Shown here piece after piece: positions 12,051 to 23,600 of a DNA stretch of 58,501 bases; positions within the stretch are counted from its first letter, which is position 1; every line of letters starts with the position of its first letter. The notes under the pieces are model-generated. The model saw only the letters and a list, made by a program, of their open reading frames with translations. It was not told where the DNA came from and made no database searches. Position numbers and translations under genes: made by a program. This DNA is from Mesotaenium endlicherianum. Taxonomy: Eukaryota. Location: positions 1 through 58,501 of the forward strand of contig WELA01000984.1 in assembly GCA_009602735.1 (NCBI GenBank), read 5' to 3'.

Positions 12051-12782
12051 TGTAATGAATCAGTATATTGGTTGACATAATATTCATCTAAATAATATAG
12101 TTAAATAAGTTCAGCCTGCTGAACTCTAGTTAATGATTAGTCTGCTGNTAGTCTGCTGGACTTTATATTTAACATCAGTTTAATGACTCGGCCGGAAGTA
12201 GCAAGCTGAGGTCACCTTAAGTCAGCTTGCTGACACATTCTTTGACAGCCAGCTGACTTCCGTACTCGGTAGCAGCGAACTGCCTCGATATGCATCTAAG
12301 TGTGGTCTGCTAGATGAATGGCCAGATGACATCCCTATGATGGATGGCGATTCGGGATGATGGGAGATGGCGGTGGATTTGGTTAACCGAGGTCCTACCA
12401 ACGTGGTTAACTCCCGGGTAGGCGGTGCCATCGCACTGACCGTTGAACAGTAAACTCATTCCATGTACATATGCTAGGCATTGCTCTCGAGTTCGGCATT
12501 CGGAAACGAGGCCAACTCTCTTGTACAGCTTACTGAGAGCGATCTGAATCCAAGGCGAGAAGCCATTGATACGCACTGTCTTCTAACCTTGCTTATGTAT
12601 GAGTTTACTGATTTGCATTATTGATGCTAGTTTACTCTCATTTGAATTACAAGTATTGTTCACTGCTAGTGTGTTGTCCTTTGCCGTTTAACCAGTTAAC
12701 GGAAAATACCATAAAGATTACTTGCTGATATAAAGATTTTTATTAATTGTTAATCGCCTATTTGGAAAGTCGATTCATTTCA
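12051..12782 (+). repeat. 3' LTR of element A (732 bp)
   Basis: Follows PPT TAAGTTGGAGGGAT; begins TGTAATGAATC and ends GATTCATTTCA (10/11 terminal inverted repeat); the same terminus occurs on element D's LTR. Confidence 0.8.
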
Positions 12783-14538
12783 CAAGGTCAAGCTCGAGTT
12801 GCCAAACTTTGGGGGCAATGGTCCCGCTAGGAAATTTTTGCTCTCGTCCCTGCAACACATCACATGACACCATAGAAAAAAATAACGAGGCGAAGATTTG
12901 AGCGGTGGAGGTTGTTCTCAATCGTGTCGGGCAGCACGGCAAAAGTGCCAGCATCAGAAGCAGGCAGCAGCAACAGCAGCAGCAGCAGCGGCTTCCTTGT
13001 CCTGCCGACGCCTTCAGCCATATGGCCTCTGTGACGTTCTTCTCTCCGAAGCACTCTAGCTCACGTGTTGAGCTCCACCTCCAAGTAGATGACGTGGTCA
13101 GCATGGGGCAGCCGGCCGCCCGAGACAGCCCGAGGCGCCGCGTTTGCATGTTGGCACCTGACAGCACATTATAGAGCCACTAGGCAGCACTTGGGAACGC
13201 AGCATCCGCCCACCCGCAATCAAAGGGCTGCCTGCCCCAACGCGGCCTAACCCCCCAAGAATAAAGAGAAGGTTTCAAGGGATTGCTCCCGATGCTGTAT
13301 AATTTCAAAGGCGAGGGGACTTGGGGCTCCACAGGCCCCATGCCTGATAGAAGACTGCGAGTCACAACACAGTCGGGCTGCTAGGTCCAAGAGGACTGTC
13401 AAACCCAACCCAGAAGAGCAGTCTCACTCCGAAGGCCTATGCTCGCCATCATGATACCAGCTAGAGAGACATGTTTGCTGCAGTGCCCGATCCCATCACC
13501 AACTCAGAAGCACTGAGCGCCGCTTTTAGAAGCTCGTTCGTGCTGCAAAGTACCTCAAGCACACGACACCGCAGAGCTGGTTGCGGCGGTACTTGCAAGG
13601 CAAATGGCAGACGATGGCGAGTATGCAGACTAAGACTTTGACGTCAGCATGCATATGTGGTGGGTGGTCAAGGGGGGGNNNNNNNNNNNNNNNNNNNNNN
13701 NNNNNNNNNNNNNNNNNNNNNNNNNNNNNNNNNNNNNNNNNNNNNNNNNNNNNNNNNNNNNNNNNNNNNNNNNNNNNNNNNNNNNNGGGGGAGAAGGGGG
13801 GCAGGGGGGTACGGGTCACTGTACTCACAAAGATGTCAGGCTGGGTAAGGTGCCGAGGCACCTCGGAATCTCGCCCATAAGTTGGTTGTCTCCCAATGAT
13901 CTATTGAAGCAGCAGGCTGGAACAGTAAGTCAATGACATGCATTGCGTGGGTGGAGGAACGCGCACAAGCATCGTGCAGCATCAAGAGTTGGGCCAACCG
14001 GCTCCTGTCGGAATCGAGAGCTAAAGGCAGCGAGAGATGTATTCTCCTCTACAATCACATGTGCTTCATCAGCAGTAATGAAAGTTCCACCACGTGTTGC
14101 CATTCAAAGCATGACGATAAGTGAATTGCCTGCAGATTGTCGTGACCAACCAATCTGCGAGACCACTTGTACACTCGCATTCATCACCAACAAACATTGA
14201 GGGAGATCGATGCTTCAAACTTACAGCGCCTCCATCTTTGTCAAGTTGCAAAAGGAAACAGGAATGGCCCCACTAAGCACGTTGCCGCTTATTTCCCTGC
14301 ATGCATAGACGTAGCTTGAAAGTGAGGCTGAGATGATGAGTGGCGAGGCTCTAGACTGCAAATTGGGATTTGCAGCTTAGAATACCATGCAATCTGAGTA
14401 GATGCGTACAAACATAATGCTTTTTTGGCATGACCTGTCCAGACAAATATTGGTGGCTGATCTTTTCTCTCGCCCCACCCTCTCCCCCCCCCCCCCCCTC
14501 TCTCTNNNNNNNNNNNNNNNNNNNNNNNNNNNNNNNNN

Positions 14539-14611
<73 letters not shown>

Positions 14612-17600
14612 GTGCCTCTGGCTTTGCTGCGATGACAGGGAGCTGGGTGGAACGGACATGTCACGTACAAAGAGTCGAGGTTATGAAGGCTGCCTAGGCA
14701 GTTGGGAATGGTGCCGTTCAATACTGGGCCAAGGCTTTTTGCATCACTGCTGTCGGTGCCAATGCTTCTGCAACACACATCAATCACATGCAAAAGTCAA
14801 TGCACACACTCGTGCACGAGACACGTGCACGAAATCAGTCTGTCCCATGGGTTTTCATCCAATTCTGAGAAGAGATGGAGGCAACACACAAAAAGACTGG
14901 CAAGACCAGAAGCCGGCATTCCACCACATGCAGCCCATTTGCCGTTGGAGAAGGGTCTTCCGCGTGCAAAAAGGCATGACAATCAGAACACCGCTGAAAG
15001 TTTGTTAACCCTCAATGACTAGAACCAGTCGTGTTGTGCGCGTGTGTGCGTGCCTGTGTATATTCATATATATGTATATATAAATACACTTGTATATATA
15101 TATATACATCTTTATATGTGTATATATATATACATACATATTTATATATACTGCAGGGCCTCAGGATTGAAGAAGCCGAATTTGCAAGCCAGTTGCTGGG
15201 CAACAAGAATGCCCTACAACGAGACAAAGGTGGCAAATTTAAGAACACGAGACATCCTGAACAGCCCACCGTCTTTGTTCACCCAAAAAGAGATCATTGC
15301 GGAAGGTGCAGGGCGCGAGTTGAAGCTTACAACATCTTGAGAGCACTCATGCGACAAAGGTCCTCCGGGATTGCGCCACCTACGGCAGTATTGTAGAGAC
15401 GTCTGCAAGCAATGCAGCAGAGAAGCCAGTAAGTGCATGCCTCCGATCGAGCCTCCTGGTCTCAGGCAGGGGCGAGCTTGCTACTGCCACAAGCATTTGG
15501 AATCATTGATAAGTACAATAGCACGTGCATTTAAAGTAAGACTCAACCCATCCATTCTGCAGACAGTACGTCCACAAGAACCTAGCTTAGCATGACGTGG
15601 CATGCCCTGCAGCCGCACTTTGCATAGTAAAAAACTACACAAAGCAAATGCAAGCGGCGTGCCTACGATAAGAGTCTGGTCACACTTCTCAATGCGCCTC
15701 GCGTGAGCACAAGCAAGCCCTGGCACTTGCTGTTTTGCGAACCTCAACACGCATGCGCGCACGCACCCCGAGGCGCGGTACGTATATGCTTTAGCAAAAG
15801 CAAACTCCACGCGGAGAAGAACCACGTCGTCAGATACACACGCCCCATGCTGCACAGCTATGTGTGCGCTATTGGGGTGCACGCAGCACGTTCTTGAGAG
15901 ACAGCAGCTTCAGGGGCTCGAGCCGGCCAGCACGCGCCAAGCCAGGACAAACGCAACGGGTGAAGCGCGATGCAACCAAGCGCCAAAGCAGTGCACGGTC
16001 AGTCGTCGGGTGTCGCTCTCAGCGAATGAGGCAAGCTGCTGATGGTACAGGTGTGCGTGCTGACGGGTCCCAAGTACGCGTTGTTGCACTCACAGGCTGC
16101 GCAGGCTGGTGAGGTTCCCCACGCACTTGGGAATGGCGCCCGTCAGGTTGTAGTTCCCTCCAAAATCCCTGCTCCAAGCAGCAGCAGCAACAGCACCAGC
16201 AGGGGGTGCATGCAGCACACATGCTCCGCTCACTCAGGCGTGCCAAGTCAGCCTTGAAAGGCAGAGCCTCGAAGCGGGATCGAAGCTAGCGCACTAAAGT
16301 AAGTTGATGTAGCTGAATTTTAAGATTTTACAGGGGCAGGCTTCTTTCACTCTGCACGTGCTCCAGCTGAGGCACCGGGACTGCGAGCCTCCTAGCCACT
16401 ACCTCAGAGCGAGCCTTTTGGCCAGCAGGCGACGTCAAGCAGGAGCACTCAGGTGCAACGTGGCACGCGCGGCAGGCGTGCCGAGCACATCCCGACAGCC
16501 GGGGTGGGCGTGAGGACGACAGTTCCACACACGACAGGTCAGAGTTGACGGGCACACTCACAGGAAAGTCAATTTCGGGAGGAGGCAAAGGGCTTCTAGG
16601 ACGCGGCCTTCTAGCAAGTTGTATGATTCGTCCCTACCCACCAAGAACAGCACACGTTTGATGATAACACACTGGCCTGAAGGCGTCATAAGCGGAGGAG
16701 ACAGATGCGCCAGGAGCTCACACAACACCCACACCTTGCAACGGAGGGCTACAGGGCCCATTGCTAAGCTTTGTGACGACTCCGTTTCCACGCGTTCAAG
16801 ACAATGGTGTTGCCTATAGTAGCACACTGAGGACCTGCTACAGCAAAGGGTTGGTACATGTGCAATCCCGGAGGCCAGCTGAAAAGGGAGGTTGCAAAAC
16901 ACCAAAAAAAAAAAGAAAAAAAAAAAAAAANNNNNNNNNNNNNNNNNNNNNNNNNNNNNNNNNNNNNNNNNNNNNNNNNNNNNNNNNNNNNNNNNNNNNN
17001 NNNNNNNNNNNNNNNNNNNNNNNNNNNNNNNNNNNNNNNNNNNNNNNNNNNNNAAAAAAAAAAAAAAAACCAATTTTGCCTGCATGGTGCTTGCGAAAGA
17101 TGATGCGGGTCGTCGCTCGAGAAGGAAAGTTGCTGAGGCGTTCTGGTGCGCGGTTAAGCGATGACGCTCGTGAAAGATGTACAGCAAGGTGGCCAAGCAT
17201 GCAAGGTACTAGCAAATGAGAGGACACACAGATCTAGCACACCCGGGCGGTGTCAGCGGGCAGCTCACATGGTCTACACACCATTGCGCGAAGCTCGAGT
17301 ACATGCGCATGAGCATGCTGCAATTGTGTGCTCATATCACCTGCACGAGAACAAGGAGACCAGTACTCCATCAAGGACTCGACTAAAAGGCAACGGGACG
17401 TTCCTTCATCCAGCATCCGACACCGACGATGTGGAAGTGGACTCGCTCAAGCGGAGGGATAATGAGCTCCACATCGAGAAACCGAAGCCGTGAAGATACT
17501 ACACCTGGCAGGGAAGTAGTGCTTACAGGTAGGCAAGGTTTGTGAGCCGGTGGAAGCAACACGGGATGGTCCCGATTATCTCGTTATACAGAAGATCCCT

Positions 17601-20600
17601 GCGAGCACCACCACAATGCAAGTAATGAAGCAAGGTCAATTGAAGTGAGGTCCAAGGCCAAGGCAGCGACGGAAGCGGGAAGGTACTGCATGCCCACGTT
17701 GTGATAGGCGCCTTGCGCGGGTCGAAAGCAAATGCCAGCAAGAGACCAACAAGAGCGGAAGGACTAGTGCCCTCGCCCTGCGTGGCGAACGCGCTGCGGC
17801 CCTCTGGCACTTCAGGAATGAAAGCTCTGCAGATTGCACCTACACGACGGCTCACTGCATGGATTGGAAAGCACAAGAAGAGACAGAAGAGGAGGCAGCG
17901 GAGCAAGTAGCGGGTCATCTACAAGTGCGAGAAGGAGAAGCAGCCGCGTGATTTGACGGAACTGGCAAAGCATCTGGGAGCACACTCACAGTGTCACGAG
18001 CGTGGTGACGTTGCAGAGCGCCCCGGGCAGAGACACAGTGACGAGAGAGCCCCTTATAGACCTGCAGAGAAAGACCAGAAGGTCAAGAATTGGCCCAACT
18101 AAGGATGTGTTACGTGAGGAGTCAAGGAGAAGAAGAAGCAGCCAAGCACGCGGTGATGATGCATGTCACCATACAACCCGTCCACAAGAAGCATTGTGAT
18201 TAGCTGAAGGCTTGTCTGGTTAGCAGCTTCACTAGTTTCAGCTGGTAGTACTGCGGTCAAGCAAGAAAACGACAGCTGGCAAGTACAATGAGAAGAGAGT
18301 GTGACCTCAAGTGACTGCTGCACGATGGAGCCCAACAGACACAATGCAACACATCCTAGGGCCCCTCTGCCTGTTACTTGTTCCCTTTGAGAGGGACAAG
18401 CCCGAGAGCAAACATAAAAAAATAAGCCAAAAGCTGTGTCGAGCACACCAAAGCAACAATGAGGGGCAAATCTGGACTTACTTTTACTCCGAGACGGTCT
18501 CTTATAATATTTATTAACATACTTCTCCATACCCTCTACAATAAAGAAAGCAAGGCAGATGACCTCTCTGCTTGGATAGAAAAAAACCCCTGTGGTGACA
18601 GCTTTGACAACAGCGGCATGGCAGGGTTGCTGTCTTACATGCAAAGCTAAAAGAACGACGTACACTAGCAAAAATCAAAGATCCATTTAGTCAAATTGCT
18701 GACTGTATGGTTTCACGAATGGACGCAATGATTGATTCTGACATCTGCATCTGGCTGCAGCTTCCGTAGTCGCCAAAGGAGAGCCGTCTGTTGCGAGCTC
18801 GCTTCAAAGTCCAAATGAGATTTGTCGTGCATATGTACATTCTACATTTTGTATATTTTGTTATATGTTTGTCTCATGGCCCTGATTAATGCACACTGAA
18901 ATACCCGGCTTCTCAATTGGGGTGAGAGATTTGAAGTGAGTGCACCAATGAATAAGCGAGATCGAGAGAGAGAACGATCAGGGGTACTTATATAAAGTGC
19001 ATGTGTCTGCAGCGAGATCAATGAGCCCAATTATCTTGCTCTCTCAGTGATTTTAACACGTCTACATACGGTCAGCTCTGCTGAGAATGTGTGACTTGCA
19101 CAATGAAAGGGGCAGAGTGCCCTAGTGGAAGCGTAGTAACTCACGAGGAAAGGATTTAGCTGCAATCATACTAAAGAGTGCAACGACATATCACTAAGAA
19201 AGCTTAAGAAAATTACTCAACATTTTGAGTAGCAGGAAACTGCTCACAAATGATGTAGGATGAAAGGCCTTGTCATTACAAACCCGTAGAAATTTACAGA
19301 AGTGAAAAATGATAATAAACAAAGAAGTTATGCCTATTTATAATTTTCTGCCTAAGTTCTCCTCCCTAGGAGGAAGCTACGGATTTTCCTAAGTGTTCGT
19401 CAAATCGTCCCTTCCAGAATATTCGTGAGTAAGCCAGATCAGTCTCATCTGACGTGTCGGGCCGAATTGACGTCCACATACATGCATCGACATGACTAGA
19501 ATATTCTATCTTAGACGCGCTAGGCTAAACCGAAACTTCTAGGTAAATCAACCTAGTCGGCACTCCGCGTCAGCTGAACTTACGTGAAGGTTTGAGTTCA
19601 TTCTAACGGGCCAGATCGCTCGACGCTGTCGGTCAATCCGACGGTCGCGCTTACTGCAAATTAAGGACAGTCGTCAACCGACCTCAAAACTGATTAAACT
19701 TCGAAAATCCATAACTCTCTCAACACTGGACCATATTCGATGAACTTTATATCAAAATGACCACAAAAATGCACTCTGTACTACTATACAATCATAACAC
19801 ACTTTCATGAAACTCAAAATGCACTTTATAAATCTATAACTTTACATCATCCCCCTCCTCAAGATGCGACGTCCTCGACGCATTCAGCAAATAACGTCTC
19901 AACTTACTCTTACAATGAGTCACGTTGGCCTCCGGCTCCCAAGTGTTGTCGTCCGCATGGTAGCCTTTCCACTTGACCAAATACTCTTGGACAAGTCGTT
20001 GACCTCGCTTGACTCGTCGATCGCCGACAATCGCCTCCACTTCATACTCCAGTACATCATCGATCTCAACCGGTGGTGGCGGTGTAGGTAGTCGTCCTGG
20101 ATGTCCTTCATTCGGGTCAACATATGGCCGCAAACAACTGACATGGAACACATCATGGATACGCCAGCCTGAAGGAAGCTCCAACTTGTAGGTCACAGGA
20201 TTAACCTGCTTGAGCACCACAAAGGGACGTGTGAACCGTGCCCGCAGTTTCCTTTTGCCCGTGAAAGGTAGATTCTCTGTTGACAAGAGTACTTTGTCAC
20301 CCAAATGGAATGTCACTTCCCTCCTGTGCTTGTTAGCATGCTTGACCTGCTCTTCCTGTGCCTTCCGAATACACGTCTTCACCATATCCCAAGTGTTGTT
20401 CATCTGCTCCATAAAAGCTTGTGTAGTAGGAACCTGAGTCTCCTTGGCCTTCTCGAACAAGGTGTTCCGTGGATGATATATTTCTCGCCCATAAACCATA
20501 GCGAATGGTGACAGCTTGGTGGATCCCTGCATGCTATTGTTGTAGGCAAACTCCAACCCTGGTAGCTTCTTGTCCCACTCTGAAGGGTCCTCCATAGTGA

Positions 20601-23600
20601 AACTCCTGAGCACCTCTTGCAGAGTTCTGCTGAGCCTCTCAATCTGCCCGTCTGTCTAAGGGTGATAGGAAGTGCTCATACTCAGCTTGGTCCCCATCAA
20701 AGTAAACAATGACCGCCAAAAGTTGCTAGTAAACCTCGGATCCCGATCTGAAACAATCACCTTCGGCAACCCATGTAGCCTGAAAATATGATCAAAGAAT
20801 TGTCGTGCCACATCTGCTGCCGTACAAGTCTCTTTCATGGGAATGAAGTGAGCCATCTTGCTAAGTCTATCAGATACAACCCAAACTGCATCGTGCCCTT
20901 GACCACTCACTGGTAACGACGTGATGAAGTCCACAGCAATCTGCTCCCAAGGATACTCTAGAATAGGCAGGGGTTGCAATATACCTCCCTTCTTTTGATT
21001 TGGTGTCTTGTTTCTCTGGCACGCATCGCAACTCCTGATCCACTCCTCGATATCCTTGTCCATATTTCTCCAATAGTATTCCCACTTCAGCACGCTTGCC
21101 GTCTTCTCGCTTCCAAAGTGTCCAGCATATAAGCAGTCATGATGCTCCGCAAGTAGTAAGTCTCGTAGCTCCTTGATGTCAGGTACCACCACTCTCTTGG
21201 AATCACCATAATACCATATGTCGTCTTTCGTCTGCATACTCGCATTGGACTCAGCTGTTCCACCATCTGCAAATTCTGGATCCTTCTCATAACCTCGTTT
21301 AAGCTTCTCTTTGAAGTCCATACTCTCCTTGATGACTGAGACAGCTGCAAGGTCGCACCTCCTAGATAAAGCGTCTGCAGGGTTGACCTTCCCAGGTAAG
21401 TACTCAATCTTGTGGTCAAACTGTTGCAGAAACTCCATCCACCTTGCCTGTCTTGGTGTCAACGTTGGCTGCGTCATAAATTTCTTCAAGCTCTTGTGGT
21501 CGGTCTTTATGAACACCTTCCGAACGTCCACATAACATTGTGTAATGAATCAATTCATTATTTATTTAATTAGTTGCATGTATAAATACAACACTAAATA
21601 AGTATTATGTCAATTTAAAAATGAACTCGCACATGTGAGTATATTGACATAATACTTATTTAGTGTTGTATTTATACATGCAATTAATTAAATAAATAAT
21701 GAACTGATTCATTACAATCTCCCCAACTTAAATTGTTGTTGCCTTGACAACACTCAGCATACAGTGCATTTATTTAATAATACACTTTAGTCAACTAGGT
21801 GAAGCAAAGCAAGCAAACAAAACATGAGCGTGATATATTCACCTACCCAATGCAAGTAAAAACTAATCACCGCAAACTGTCCTGCAAGCCACCATCTAAC
21901 TTCACCATCAACAACTGAAGGCATGCATGGACTTACCCCTACTCACTGTAGTCCTTCCAGTCGAAAGACACAATAGAGCACCTCACACCATGCAAACCAC
22001 ACCCAAAACAAACAGCCTCCTTTTGAGGTCAAACATTGAAAGAATGTTATTAAAGCTCAGCCTACTGTACTAAGCCTTTTCTCCTTCCCTTGGTCTTCAA
22101 CTCCTGCCGTGCTCACACCTTGAAAGCTCCTCACAAGCAATTTCTTGTGACTTAGGTACCTGCTCAAAATTTAGCGTACTGAAGGAAAAGGGAGACCAAT
22201 TGGTTTGATGGCATTGAATGCCCTCACAAGATGAGTAGCATCAGGTTAATGAGCCCAAGAAAGTTTTAAATTTTAACCACATTTTCAGAACACACTAAGT
22301 TCCAAGAAACATTTGGTTTTGAGCAATGTGCTGGTCACCTCAAGCAGTTCCCTGATGTGCCATGCATCATTGCTACCCAATCCCAACTTATGGCAATGTA
22401 CTTACTCAGTTAGTACGTACACTCGCTCCAACAGTGTACTGCAACTCACAATTTACACCAGTCAGTCACTGATGCTCCTGATATAATGCAGTACATACAT
22501 AGGACATTGCAGTGTATGACTCAGTTAGTACATACACTTGCTGCTGAGTATGCAGGTAAGCACAGCTTACTGAATATTCCTAATACACATTCCATCTCCC
22601 TCTCCCAACTTAATAGCTGTCGACTCGACAGCTCTAACCACATAGGCACACCAAGAAGTGCCTACAACTTCGCATCTTAAGAACCACACAGAGTGACAGT
22701 CACAGAGGATTGCGGCGGTACGAGTGGGTAGAGAAGAAGCAACAAAGGAAAACCAAGAGAGGACACAGAGTGCAAACACCCAAGTAAGCAAGAAAGAAAG
22801 CCCCCCCCCCCCAAAAAAAAGATTCCATTTTTCAGGATTAGAACAATGCCCAGAGTGGCATAGGGAAGAGTGTACTGCCATTCAGACCCTCTCACCATAA
22901 AGCTCTATGCATGAATAACCCAAACTCAAGCCAGCGTATTACACCTCTCCATCTGGAAGTGTAGATTGCTTGCTATGAGATAAAGACAACCGGCCCCATT
23001 AGCAAGTTCCTCCAATACCAAAGAGTAGCTCAGTTAGCTGTCTCTACCAACGCATGCATACGATGACTCATACCAGTCCTTCCTAGCAAGACATACGCCA
23101 AAATGACAACCACCAAATAGTGAGAGTCAACAAAAACAACCAACTGTATCATAGTTCTGATGTTTCAGGATACTCCCTCCTTCAGGTCTTACTGCCTGAA
23201 GTTGCCCAGAGGACAGGTGGGGAAGCGTCACGCGGCAGCGTCCAGCATGCCAACTCCTCGGCCTCTCTCGACCTGTATGTCACTATTGCGTCACACTCTA
23301 CTTGCTGGTCTCAGTGTGTCAACAGACAACAAGCAAGTGTGTAAATTGCCTTCCATGAGCTTAGCTACGCGTGGTAAACACCACACCCTAGTTGCATCAG
23401 TCTAGTCAAGATCTGATGACTCCATCTTACATAGTTCCCGGGAGGGCGAGGCAAACATTGGGATCACATAGACTCAACCAATGACAATGGGCAAACTCAG
23501 TATAGCTCAAAACTAAGTTCCTCTCTGGAGGCATATACATGGCACCTATTGCAATTGCAGCAAGCACTTAGCAAGCCAATAACAACAGCATGCATGAATC

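Larger units (their letters stand above)
1..12782 (+). mobile_element. Element A: degenerate Ty3/gypsy chromovirus (5' end outside window), interrupted by element B, with an extra ORF before the 3' LTR
   Basis: RT ([21 protein letters not shown] from 821), RNase H (TDASDFAMGAIL), integrase (CDQC, MDW, SDRD, HPQTDGQTER) and chromodomain (EYEVEEIL..YLIQWKGY..DTWE) occur in gypsy order; PPT at 12037-12050, then an LTR. Confidence 0.9.

Noticed and set aside
12310..12576. Similar short peptides (DG.AYPG.NH.GR) from ORFs 12310-12576 and 25919-26158
   Set aside because: Explained by nucleotide homology between the A and D LTRs; no evidence of coding
12900..13640. Possible further LRR exons (e.g. 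[18 protein letters not shown])
   Set aside because: No convincing 72-nt phase-2 exon with both splice sites
21541..21716. MITE or miRNA precursor
   Set aside because: No TSD; the arm is the LTR start of the A/D family and directly follows a PPT
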